The position numbers and the translations under genes were made by a program. A stretch of 64,000 bases of DNA. Source: the human T2T-CHM13v2.0 reference genome, Homo sapiens. The stretch lies in NCBI RefSeq assembly GCF_009914755.1, contig NC_060932.1; one strand, written 5' to 3'. This document shows positions 27,801 to 42,725 of the stretch, in pieces. The notes below the pieces were generated by a model that was given only the letters and a program-made list of their open reading frames with translations, searched no databases and had not been told where the DNA came from. Every line of letters begins with the position of its first letter. Positions within the stretch are counted from its first letter, which is position 1.

Positions 27801-28754
27801 CTTTGGAGGCAGGCAGCAGCCCCGTGCCTGCAGAGCAGAGACCATGCCTAACAGGCCCGGCCAGGCTGAGAAGCTCTGCAGTGATTAGTCTGGGGAGCAA
27901 GTCCGCCTGTGAGTAATTACCAAGTTGCCAAATGGTGCTGGAGCTTTGGAAGCCATTCCAATAGCATATTTCTGTATTAATTTGCTTTCGGACATGAGCC
28001 ATAAAATTATACAGCTAAGCTAATAAAGCTAATTACCTGCATGCATATCCGACTTCCTTTCAGCCCTGTAAGCCACCCAAACAGTCTTGCATCTCAGCCT
28101 GTGCACAAGAATGGCAAGGCTGGCTGAAGGCAGCGATTACAGCCACAGTTGTAATACTACAACATACAGTGGCAATGGTGGCAGTGATGGGGGTGGCTAC
28201 TATCTCTTAAATACGTGGACCCTGGCATTTGGAGCAAGAGGTCAATCCATAATGATGATGACGATAGTAGTTCCTATCATTATTGCCACTATAGAGAACA
28301 TTTCCAAGGTGCTTGCTGTGAAGGATGCCCTGGGTAAGTGCTCAACACGCATCTTCTCACTGCAATACTCACCACTTTCAAGCTAAGACTTCAGAATATG
28401 GTGGGTATGAGATAGGTACTGTTATTTTCATTTCAAAGATTTTTCTAGAAAACTGAGGCTCATGGAAAGAAAAAGAAAGCCAGTGCCGCTAGCAAGTGGC
28501 AGGGGCCAGGCTTGAACCCAGCCAGGCTGACCCCTGAACCCACACTCTGCTCTCTGGCTTTCAGAGATTATTCGATATGTTGTATTGACTCCTCACCGTA
28601 AACCTGGAAACCAGGAGCCATGAGTCCCACTGGACAAAGATCCTGCTGTCCACAGGGCCAGGTTGTGCCAGGGCCCTGCAGTTGGCCAGCAGTTGGGTCA
28701 GTGTCCACACCAAGCCTGGCCAGTGTTTTTCCAGCCCAGAGGGAAGCCCAGCAC

Positions 28755-28775
28755 AGAGCTCTCCATGGTGCTGAA
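28755..28775 (-). promoter_or_regulatory. RE1/NRSE (REST binding) motif
   Basis: TTCAGCACCATGGAGAGCTCT versus consensus TTCAGCACCACGGACAGCGCC; both half sites intact with a 2-nt spacer. Confidence 0.65.
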
Positions 28776-30692
28776 GCAGCTGCCTCCCCTCAAGGCTCTT
28801 CCTAGGCACTTGGGGATGAAGTTTCCAAATCGTCAACAGGTTTTTACCCCCACCATTCTGCCCCTGCCTCTCAGGAGACAGAGATGAACACACTGGCAAC
28901 AGAACTGTGAAATCACTGCTGGGGCCAACCCAGGCTTCACAGAAGTCCCCTAACCCATGCCCACTGTTTAATGACTGACATCCCTGCGTGCCTGAGCCCT
29001 AAGAAGACCCACGTCCCAGCCCAGCTCATGTTCTCATATCTGGAGCTGCCCACAGGCAGTTTCTAACACCCTTGCAAGGAAACACAAATTCCTCTCACAG
29101 CGTCCTCCAAGCTTGCCACTTTCTGCCTCAGAGACACGGCTGAGTTACTTGGAGTCCATTACAGTTTTCTCACATGCCCTGCTGGTCAAACACCTGTGGA
29201 GGCAGTGAGCCGTGAGGTCCAGGGGCTGGGGCTAGCCCTGCTCAGTTTAACCTTCCTCTGCCATCCCTGCTCAAACCAGCAAGATGAATGAGGAGGCAGC
29301 CCCACCTTCCCAACTGCTTAGCTTCTTGGCCTTCCCGTGGGAAAATATTATTTCAAAGAACAGAAAACATGCAATCCAAGCCACTAAAGAAAGAATTCAG
29401 AGGACTGCTTGTGGTTCCAAGCCCTGGGAGAGGAAGGGACAGTGCCCCAGTCACCGCCACATGGTAGAGGCTCCATAAATGCCTGCTGCTTTTCCCTGAG
29501 CACCTGTGATGTGTCAGTTACCTACAGATCATCCCACATAGTCCTCACAACAACTTCAGGTTTAGGAAGCCTCCTTGGGGATGTTAGGTAACGCTCCCAA
29601 AGCCACACAGCCAGAAAGGGGTAGATTCAAACTCACCCCAGTGGGGTTTCAAATTCGGGGTCTGCTGCTCCAAGAGCAGTGCCCCCTTCCCTGTCCAGAC
29701 TCCTCCCATGAATCCGTGTTTCCAGCATAACCAGCCTGAAGTCCACAGCGTGCCAGAGTGACGGGGTCAGGAGCTCACCTTCAAAGCAGCACTAAAGACA
29801 CAGAGACTTTTGGGTGCTGTGGAACGTTAGAGGCACTTGTGTTGCCCCTTGAAGAGGGCGAGAGCCCCTTGGACTCAGAAAGCCTTTTTCTCCTGTGAGG
29901 TCACACATGAAGTTTTCTGGGGGACGACATAAGGCAGTGGGAACACAGATGTGCTCTGTGTTATTGGCTTAGGCCAATAACGGTGTCAGCTAGTCCCCTG
30001 CCAGTGAGATGGTGAAGCATAACTCCAGGAGTAAGTGGCGTACGCAAGTGGGGCTCCTCCTAGAAGAGGGGCAAGGGGCGGCTACTTGCCCAGGAAGAGC
30101 AGCCCCAAATATGGCAGGCAGGGAGCCCCAGCACAGCACTTGGCAGGCTGCCCCTTGGCTCTGGGCCCCGTGCCTCACTTCCACGGTAGCGCCAGCCACC
30201 CTGGGCTTCAGATACTTGTGGCCATGACCGATTTCCCAAACTAGACCCCGGTAAGCATCCTGAGGACAAGGGGCAGGTTTACGGTCTCTGAGTCCCTAAT
30301 TCATTTCCACAGAGTTGGTCACAAGTACAAGTCAACTGAATGAATGATTTTTTCCAGGGATGATGCAGAAGAAACCTGATGGTAGCTTTCAGTGACCACC
30401 TATGCAAGGCCACAGTTTATCAGCGAATGTCCACCCACACAAGCTTGTGTCCGGGAAGATTTACTGAGCACCTACTCTCTACCTGGCACTGGAGGAAGCC
30501 ACGCTTCCTCGGAGCAGCGGTCTTATGTGTGTGTTCAGCCCACAAAGATTACACAGCACACTCAACTCAGAGCCACATTCGAGCTTCATACCCGCCACAT
30601 GTGAGATGCAGAGGATGTGGCTCTTCTGTGAAGGGGAAACTGAGGTTTACAAAAGTTGCATATGTCATACCCCGCTCTCTCCAACAGTATCA

Positions 30693-31535
<843 letters not shown>

Positions 31536-32900
31536 TGCCCTGAGCTATACCGGATACTCCCCATAATTACCCCCAAGAGAGAGGCCCCATCCCATCTTCC
31601 TTCTCTGCAAGCTGCATGGTTCAGAGCAGGGTCACTGCTCTGGTTTTCCACTGTAACCCTTTAGAGCAGAAATGAGTTTCACAAGTCAGGTAACCTACAC
31701 ACCAGCAAGAATCCTGTCCCTAGTTGGCCTCCTTCATTCCAACTCGACACCCTTTAAAGGCCTCACCAAGGGCTGAGGGCAGGAGGCTGGGAGAGAAAGC
31801 AGAGACAGACCTGTACTGCCCTATATGTACATTTGGAGACTCTTGTGCCTAATTTCCAAAGGCAGGGAGCACAACCCCACAGAACCAAATGTGTTCTAGA
31901 TGTACAAGGCCAGGCCAGGAGCAGGTGGAAAGGAAGACTTCATTCCACCATTTGACCAGAGCCGTCTGTCCTCCTCACGGTGAAGGTGATCCCGTCACTC
32001 GCTGGGTCAAAACCCTTCAGGGCGACCCACTGCTTTTAGGACAAAGTCCCAACACCCCAGCACAATCCATAAGCTCCCTCACAGCTTGCTTTTCCTGTTG
32101 CCGCTTCCCCTTTTAGACCCTGAGCCCGTGTGCGTGTGTGCCTGGGTCCTCACTTCCAGAGACGGCGCTGTTTGCTGTCTTTGCTCTGCTTCCCCTGTGC
32201 CTGGAGCACCCTTAGCCTTGTCATTCTGGTGAACACCCCCATCTTCTAGAGCTCAAACATTGCCTTATCTGGGATGTCTCTACCCTGGAAACCAACCCTT
32301 CTGTCCTCCCTGGCTGCCACCACTGCACCCTGCAGAGCACGCATCCTGTCCTTGCTGTGTTAGGTGCTGGGGATTCAGAGACCAAGTTGGGGGCCTCCCT
32401 ATGTTAAAGAAGCCCAGCCTCCTGGGCAAGGATTATATCCTACTTATTATCAGTAGTCATTCTTCCTTATTTATCACATTTAATTATTTAATCAATATTT
32501 GTACAGAGCCTTTTTGTTTACAAATGTTTTCATGTGTGCCATCTCAGTTAATCTCCATGTCTTGGGAACTATGAGTGTTCACTTCCAAATCTTTGAAAAA
32601 CACAGCCAGATGCAAAGCAAATGCACAAGGTAATAAAACACCTTCCTTGTCATTTTCTGTAAGGCCATTAGCAGTAAAATATTTGGTAATGTACCGCAGT
32701 CAAAGACCATTTGAAACCATGGGGCAGCTTTGAGATCCTGTCTATATTTATGTGACTGAAGTCTACCATGACCCGGTTTGGCATTTTAGGAAAACAATGA
32801 TTGCTTAGTTCACTCTGCCCCTGGGAAACATGAAGCCAGATGGGAATCTGTGAGGTTCTCTTTGGAACCTGTAGACCTGAGGTGTGTGAGCCTCATCTCT

Positions 32901-32963
32901 CAAAAATAAATAAATAAATAAATAAATAAATAAAATAAATAAATAAATAAAAATAAAATAAAA
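32901..32963 (+). repeat. (TAAA)n microsatellite, probably an orphan Alu tail
   Basis: catctctcaaaaa(taaa)n with no Alu body upstream. Confidence 0.75.
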
Positions 32964-35675
32964 GTAAGTGCTATGCTCAGAACATCTGGTTAGTATCCAA
33001 AGTCTACAGAGCAAAAGCTTGAACTCCATCATGGAGAATTTGACATGAAGGTTTTCACACTGGATTTGGGTTGAGCATCATGAAGTGGGTGCTCTGGGGT
33101 GGCGGTGACTTCAGTTGGGTCATCTCTCCCTGCTGGAAAATAGGCTGTTTGCATCCCACGCGCAAGCTCTGGAGTGAATGACTACAGGTGCAAGGGCTCA
33201 GCTTAGCCCCACTTCAGATCAAATAAATTAGCAAATTGTCATAAATAGAAATTACACTAATGGAAAGACTGCTTTAAATGATTAATGAGCCTCTTTGCCA
33301 TGACTTTGTTTTCTAATTTGCATCATGAACTTTCAGAATGCTGATGCTCTTGCCGCTCTCATTTCAGTAAGTGCCCCAGCGTCTCAGCTGAGCTCCCTGG
33401 TGTGAGAGACCCAACTGGACAGAAGATGTCACACAGTGGGACGTGCTGCCAAGGGGAGAGGTCTGCAACTGGCTCACTGCTGCAAATCTTGCCTGGGTGA
33501 GAATATTCCAGAGTCCCACAGTGGAGAGCAGGTGAAATGGACAGAGCTCTGCATGGGGCGATGGGTACCAATCAGTGGTGAGACCTAGGAATGCTGCCAT
33601 CTCCATAGGCTTCCTCTGGTAAGTGGGGATAATGCGAGGCCCTGGCAGAAGCCAGAGGCTCTTGTGCTTCTTCCTAGATGGAGCTGAGCACACAGCACTG
33701 AGGGCAGCAGCTGCCCGTGCCCCCGGCTCTGCCACGGACCAGCTGGGTGACCTACAGCAAGCGAGGTGACCTCGCTGGGCCTCCTCGTTTTCTCATCTGT
33801 GCAACGTGGATAAAACTACTTCAGAGAGTTGTTGTGAAAGTGAAGGGAATAAATCTGTATAAATTGCCCAGAACGGTGCCTGGCATCTAGTAAGTGCCAT
33901 ATGGGTTTTAGCTGTTACTTAAGCTCTGTAACTTTATGATTCTATTACATAAGCTACGCATGCTCACAATAATCATCACGCTAAAAATACAGTGTGTATA
34001 TGTCCAACATGTACCTGATCACACAAACACAACACACGTCGATCCGTGTGCACGTTCACACACACATGCATGCACACACATGAAGATGGGAAATGATGCT
34101 GTGGATGCCGGGGAAAGGCCCTTCCCCGCTCTCATGTTCCAGATCTGAAGTCTGTGCTGAGTATGTGTCAAACCCCGGCCACTTTCAAAGTCATTTCAAG
34201 GTGGGCATGGCCACCAGATTTGGATTTGGGGGAGGCAGCAATCAAATCTGTGCCTCTCCCACCTTACCCTCCAGCCCACCGAAGGCCAAACAGCCAGGGT
34301 GATGTGACGGCCTCGCTGGCTGGCAAGGCAGGACGTCTCTCTGTGGCTGACAGGGCTTCCCTGCTACGGGAGATTAAAGGCCTCAGAACCACGTTATTAC
34401 AAACAGCTATAAAAGCCAAATTCCCTCAAGGCAGATACAAAATGCAACCCTGCATTTTACTTAAGATGATCAAGGAATCAGCTGTACTGATGGCAGGAGC
34501 CGTTTATAGTAAAATTCATTTAGAGAAAACTATTTCTCCAAACATAACGATTAGAAAAACACAGTGTGCTATGTTTTAAAAGAATCTTGTTTAAAGATAT
34601 TTAATTTTTTTCAGGAGATAAGACAGAGCTCCATTAGGAAACATGTCTGAGAATAGGCCAGAAGCCACTTTGAGAGGCCGAAGGGTGGGCCCACACAGCC
34701 CACGTCAAGTGCCTGAGTCCCGCCTCTGTCCTGAAAGGGAGGATAGCTCAGCGGAAGGCAACTCCTCCTTACTGGAAAGAAGGCAGTCTTGAAAATGGAG
34801 AACAAAGCCCAGTGTGACTGCATTCCAGGTGAGATCACCCAAACAGGGCCACTGTGCCTAAAATCCTTACACTGTCCTGCTGGTGAAGCCCAAATAAAAC
34901 TGACAAACACCGCCGCCACTGTGGAGCCTCTTCACTTTGCAGAGGGTGACTGTTGTCTGCAAGATCCAACACCCCTCAGCAGTGCACAGCCTGAGACCCA
35001 AGCTGTGCCTGGGCTCCCTGTGCCCGGGAAGGCAGCTGTTTGAGGACACAAGGCCCCCTGTACTGAGATCATGGTTACACCGTCCACATCCCTCCACTCT
35101 CCAAGTCATGTCTGCTCATTTGTCCTCCGCATTTCACAGATATTCCACTCCAATCCCCTACTCTGGGTATCTAAAGCCATTTGCCTTGGGCTTCTCCAGC
35201 CTCTAACTCACTCTCAAAGCAGCCAAATTGGTTAAAAATGCTCCTCCAGACAGAATGGAGGAGGCGGATGCGCCTGGTGGGAAGAGATTGCTCAGACGGC
35301 CCAGGTCATTCGCCTTCATGGGGATCAGCCAAACTGCGCACCCAATTCTTCCTACTCCAGCTCACACAGCTGGATTCTGATACCTCAGCAAGCCTTGCAC
35401 CAATCCCTGAAATGCTCTCCAAAGGGTGATTTGCAACAAAAACAAGGAAAATGAAAGGGTGAGTTGACCCTAGGCTTGCCAGAAGCGTGTCCCTCCCCTG
35501 CTTCCACAGCAGACGGTCTGTGCAGGGCTGCTCTGGAAAAGGAGCCAGGCTGCGATGTAGACTCATCCCGTGAGTTGCAGTTCCTTTCACACACTCATCA
35601 CGGCACTCGGCATCGCGCAGCTGAGCTGGTAGCCATTCTGTTTGCTGTGTCATTGAAATGGAAACTATTCATTCA

Positions 35676-35948
<273 letters not shown>

Positions 35949-37743
35949 AACAGTTTTCATACCTATGTGCTAGCGATTATACACAGCACTTGGGCAAGCA
36001 AAAGAGAACACATACTATCAGAGCAGGGTCCACACCTGATTTTGAGCATCTGGTGTGCCCTGGTGTTCAGTCCAACCTCTGGCACATGGTAGAGCCTCAA
36101 TAAACGGCTGTTGGATGAACAGGATTCCACCTGACCTCAAGACGGCACAATCTGGCAAGGGAGAAAATCTGCAGAAAAAAACTAATTTTCTGTACTAATT
36201 AAAGACTGTAACTAACAAGAATGAAGTACTGGGTGTCACAGGAGCCCAAGGGAAGGGGCTGTTGCAGCCAGGCCGAGACGGGAGGGAGGCTGATGGCAGA
36301 GAAGGCTCTGAGGAGCAGACAGTGAGGTCCACTCTGAAGGATGAGTCAGGAGGGCCTCCCCTGAGGTCAGGTAGCAGCGTGGCATGAGGTCTTCCAGCAG
36401 GAAACGGGCAAGGGGCATTCACCTTTGCTGACACCTTCCAGGGCCAGAAGCTATGTCTGCACCTTGCAGATGTGATCTCAGTTGAAGCAGTCAACAGGAA
36501 AATAACAAGTTTTGGGATCCTGACTATGCCTCTAGTTGCACAATCTCTGGTGAGTTATTGAACTTCCAAAATTTACTTATGTTTTGAAAGGGGTAGGTAC
36601 TACCTGCTTTGCAGGTCTGAGGTAAGGAAAATGCTTCTGCTCACCCATAGGTGACCAAAAAGGCCGATGATTCTTCGAACTCATCCTGACAGCAATGGTC
36701 TGCAGCAGGTTCCGTCACACCAGCTGCACAGATTAGTACATGGCCCTCAGGTCACACAGTCTCCCCTTCTGGATGCTGGGAGTGGCAGGGCCAGCCTCTG
36801 ACCCCAGGCTCCAGTCCTCAACAATGTGGCGTCATTAGTCCTATCCCAAAGGCAAATATAGAAGATTTCTAGATCACGTGGTAAAGGCTATTATCTGCTA
36901 TTAACAGAGTTCACAGAGAGTTGGCTATGCTAAGGTTTCCCAAGTTCAGTAAAATTGTCCAGTATTGGTAGCTGGAGGGTAAGAAGAAGCTTAAAAGAAG
37001 AAGGTACCAAAGGTAGGTAGGTTTTATCCAGAAAGCATCACTGTATAGCAAATAAGCCCAGCTCTCTGGGCCAGATGCTGCATGTACTAGGAAGAGATGC
37101 CCCCGCCCTCCAGGGAAACTGCACAGACATTACAAACAAGCATGCTCTTATCAAGCAGGAGAGGTCTGGGTCGGGGGGCTGGGGGGAAGGATTCTCTTTA
37201 AAATCAGCAGGCTGATGTGGGCAAGAAAGCCTAGGAAATGTGGAAGAAAGGGCTTAAGAGATTTGTGAGCATGAGGAGTCCTTTGTGAAAACTTTGATCC
37301 TGGGATAGAATAAGGATAAATGCACAAAGACAGCAGAAGCCCTCCAACCTGGCGTGTGCATGACAGGAAGGGACACAGGGAGAGTGCTTCCCGAGTGTGC
37401 CACAGGAGCAGGGACTCGCCCCGTGCAGCTCCGGGGAAGCAGAAGCCCTTGCTGTCCCCACTTCATGATGAGAATAGAGAAGCAGAGAGAGAAGGTGGCC
37501 ATGACCAAGGTCACCCGGGGCAGGGACTGGTGGGAGAATGGTAGGAAACTGCCTGTGTCTGACCAGGTTTCCCAGCCTCTCGTGGGAAACATGGCCCCAG
37601 GCTTGGTGGCAGGTAGTGAGGAAAGCTTGCTGTACAGTAGCTAACACATAGCAGCCACACAAGAAGTGGTTTTCATAGTCATAATAATAAGAATGATAAA
37701 TAGGGTTTAAGAAAAGATTTCCTAAAGAAAAAAGGGGTACCCA

Positions 37744-38056
<313 letters not shown>

Positions 38057-39434
38057 AGAAAAAAGGGGTACCTAACCCATTAGCTCATCCGGTCAGGCCC
38101 AGCACCAGAATGTGACCCCCACTCTGGAAGCAGGATGGCTGACCGCCCTGGGCCACCTCCCCCACAACAGGTCACCCTGTCCACAGCAGGGACAGGCCCT
38201 GTGCCCGGCCAGTGCCCTGGGACATGATCCTAGGTGTCTTCATTGTAATTTCTCTGGCCCTGGGCTCCTTGTGATAAACGTGCCCCATCTCAGAATGGGA
38301 GAAGGGGCTGGTCAGCAGGGCTGGGCGCTACTCAGAGGCCACCCACAGCCCTCCAGCACTCTAGGAGGAGTGCCCGGGGGTGCCCAATCACACGTGGGGT
38401 CTGAGGGAGGGGACAAGAACAAGGAGGCTACTGAGTTTAACCCTCTGTTTCGACAGAAATTAAGTAGGGAAGGGCATAGGGGAGGGGCAGGAGGGAGAGA
38501 AGGGGGAAGAGAGGATTGGGAAGGAGAGAGGAAGGGACAGGCACTCAGAGGCCACCTGCAAGTCTGAACCCTGCAGGTTCTTGGTGACGGGTGGCCGCCT
38601 CTGCACTTTCTTCCTGTGCCGCTCCCTTTGTTCAGGCCCTTGTGGTCCCTCGGCACTTTTTTCCTGGGTACTCCCTTCGCTCAGGCCCTCACGGTCCCTG
38701 ACTTAGAGCTGCTCACGCAGTGGCTCCTCAACCCACCAGCATCCCCAGGGGCGCTTGCATCTTTGCAACCCACTTGTCACACTGTGGCCAGGGTGGCTTT
38801 CAAAGACATCAATGTGGCCATGCTCATACCCTGCCTTCTGGGTCCCCTGCTGAGGACAGCACAGCACATGCTGAACCCTGGGCCCTCTTCATCTCTCTAC
38901 GTGAACGGGAATGGGCTGAGATCTCCACCTACTCCTGCCAGGCGTGACCTGAGGGAAGCTCCCATCAGCCCCACAACGCTGCACTGCAAGTGCCCATCTC
39001 TGTATCTGTCCCCTCCCCTTTGATGGGGGCATCTCCAGGGCTCACCTCCTAAGAACAAGCAAATCTGTACCATATTTGTCATTAACAGGTGAAGAGTGGG
39101 GTGAGAGCTCCCGGCAGCCCTGGGCTGCCCATCGTGTCACCGTAGCTGCTTCATAGACAGGTGTGCATCGACCCAGTGCAAGATCCCCAATTTCCTTTAA
39201 AACGCATCTATCCAGACCCATGCGCTACAGGTGGGCAACTGCTACAACTATGGACGGGTATCAAATTAAGCTCAAATGTTTGTACAAAGTCTAAATGTTT
39301 AGAAAATATTATTAAAATGCATAATGAAATTATTAGCCAATTCAATCTTTGGTCTTTCCATCTGCTTGAATTCAGGTTTACAATAGCAAAATTCTGCTAT
39401 TCCTCTGACACCAGATGTCATCAACAGATGAGAG

Positions 39435-39520
39435 TGGGGGGAAGGGAGAGGAGAGGGAGAGAGAGAAAGGGGGGGAGGAAGGGATGGAGGCAGAGAGGGA
39501 GGGAGGGAGGGAGGGAGGGA
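39435..39520 (+). repeat. Polypurine (GGGA/GA)n low-complexity tract
   Basis: Near-pure G/A run ending in (ggga)n. Confidence 0.85.
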
Positions 39521-41904
39521 TGATGTCCTTAATGTTAACTCTCTTTCACTAAATTTGCCTATAGGGACAATCAAGCTCTCATAAACTTCCGATCAGTAAA
39601 TGTATGGGGCAGATGTGCTTGGCACATGGTAGGCAATCAATAAATATGTGTTGCATGAATTATTAAGCAAATATACAGAAAATAGAGAAGTCAAACGCAA
39701 AGACATTTTCTGTACTTTTTTGATACTGGTTTTCAAAGAACGCAAGAGTTCTGTGGGCCACTATCATCCCATTAGAAGGCAGCATGTGCTGGGCGGGGAC
39801 TGCAGGCTGGCAGACAAGCTACGGGGTGCAGGAACTGGCCACGCCACTTTCTCTTTGTGAAGTGGAGTCACAGTTTTCATCTGCAAGACGGGAAGACAGG
39901 ATAATGAAACCGCCCCAGGAGTCAGGTTGCCGACAAGGGTGACGTGGCCCAGGGCAGCACCAGCCCAGGGTGGTGTCTGGGAGGCAGCAGCTCTGACACT
40001 AGCAGGGTGCCCCTGTGTGCCCAGCACAATGAGGCCCTGGGAGGGGAGGGGAGGGCTCAATCTCTGTGAAGCGTGGGGACACAGAGGTCAAAATCCCAAC
40101 CATCCTAGGGCTCTGGCTTTTATCTGAGCCCAAAGAGAGATCGTTCAGGAGAATGAATAACCTCCTGCCAGGCCCACCATGCACCTGCCCCTTCCTCCAC
40201 TGGTGCTGCTGGCGCTGAGCTGGGGCTGCATCAGACCCATCCAGGACCGCCTTGCTCTGCATGGGGCGCCCGGCCAGAGGCTGAATCTCTGAGACCCGAG
40301 TAAGAGATGCCTCCTGCCTCACATAGAGCCTCTCCAACCCTCAGCCTATCAGAAAGACCCAACAGAAAGACAGAAAGATTATCAGAAACATGGGCCTATC
40401 AGAAAGACCCAAGACCCAGCATAGACGCTGGGAGGTGAGTGCCAGGGGTCCCTCCTTTCCCCAGCCTGACAGCGTGGGAGTTGCCTGCGGAGCCTTCTCC
40501 TTTGAAGCCTGAGACTCGGGGGTGAGCACTTTGCCAGCAAACTTACCTGGGTTGGTCCCTGGCCCTACCCCTCATGGCTGAGACTCAATTTCCTTCATGG
40601 GAGCCACAGTGCTGGTCAGGGAGATGTGGAGGAGATAAATGGGGTGATGGGTGCACGCCCGACACAGTAGGAACCAGTCTGACTCGCTCCTTGCTATGGC
40701 ATTTTGCTCATTAAGAACTGGCTGAACCCTGACTTTGTGCCGAGCTCTGTGGGGAATACAAGGGAAAGACAACTCCCATTATCCCCACCTTTTTACTTCT
40801 CTCTGTACCAGAGATAAACACCGGTAACTCCACAACAGACTGTTCCTGTTCACTACGTGAGTCCCCAAGCACTCTATTTTTCATGTCTGGTTCACAAAAC
40901 CTTCTATCTACATGTAAAGTGCTTATTTTGTCACAAACTCCTTGGAGACAGTGAGTCTGCCAGGCTCAAAGTCCCTTTAGCTTGAACAAAGGAATTGGCC
41001 TCAGGTTCTGGAAACTATGCTGTGCAGAGCGAGGACACTTTCGGAATCCAGGAGGCCATCTGGAAGGATCCCAGACCACACAACGGAGCAACGTGTGTAT
41101 CCCCATATCTGCAGAATGTGTGCATGACTGAGATCATTAACAGACATTCCCATCAGAGCTGCCCCTTCCCCGGAGATGGGCTCTCATGCCTCAGTATTTT
41201 GGGGCTGTTTCCTACCTTTGTCCCCTTAATAAACTTCTATCTACTTCTAGCAGCCACTCAAATGTCACCTCCTCTATGAAGCCTTCCTTGAATGCCCCCA
41301 CCCAGTGGCCTCTGAACCTGCAGCACTCGGCAGGGTGCTCTGCCTTCGCTCCCCAACAGTGCTCAATTCCCAGAGGACACATCCACTTCATACTAGACAA
41401 ACAACTGCATGGAGACCTTGTCTTTGCATCTCAGCCTCTTAAATGCCTTGCAAAATGCCTGACTCAAAAGTAGGTGCTCTCCAAAGATTGCTGAACAAAC
41501 AAATGAGGGAACCTGGGCTTCTCCAAAGTGCTCGGTCAGTCAGTGGAGTGTCTGCAAGGAGTCAGCCATTGATCCAAAGTTCAGACCAGGCTCAGTGACT
41601 GTGTGAAACACTGTGTTATAGCACAATCCTTCTGAAAACTCTCTCCAACTTTTCAAAATGGCATCTTCATGCCTCGGTAAGCTGTACAATCCGATTTCAG
41701 TTTCTCAGACAATTGCACTTGTGTTTTCAGCTGTCAGTCTGTGAACCCCCTGAGCCCGGCACTGATAGGTGGCCATTAGAACCTGTCACTAACATGAATA
41801 TCAACACTGGCAAGAAGCATGTGATCCAAAGACGAGAGCACCACCGGCTCCGAGAAGACCTTTCCTCGCCCCCAATCAATACTGCTCCGAGTGGGGCCTT
41901 TGAA

Positions 41905-41924
41905 GTGTTAAGAGGTTAAGGAAA
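41905..41924 (-). promoter_or_regulatory. Candidate proximal U12 branch point and AC acceptor
   Basis: TTTCCTTAAC-CTCTTAAC-AC| at intron positions +153..+172; same spacing as the distal acceptor. Confidence 0.55.
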
Positions 41925-42004
41925 TGCCAAGCCTTTGGTCCACATCTCCTTGCCACAGCATTTCTGAGCTACCTGTGGTGAAAATTCAATAGCTAAGACC
42001 CTCA

Positions 42005-42358
<354 letters not shown>

Positions 42359-42725
42359 TCATTCCAAGAAAATGAAATAATAGACTCCTAAGGTGGCCCT
42401 GACTTCAGAGCTGGTTCAACACACAATTTGGAGCTGAAGACACAGTCATTGCTTCAAACCTCTGGGAAGACCTGTGTTACCCCAGATAAAAATTTCAATT
42501 CCATAACACAGCAAGGCAGGAAAGAACCAGTGTGCCATAGATAGTGAGCTGGATGGCGACTTAAACTCCTGTGCAGTCATGGAGAACGCTGACAATTATT
42601 TAACCCTGGGGATCCATCAGCCCACTGGGAACTGCCTGTTTATCCTCTGAGTGCTGTCTGCCTCCTCCCCCTACCATTTCCTTCTCAGGCCAGGTGGGCG
42701 TGCCCCTCCCACAGCCCCCCTCAGC

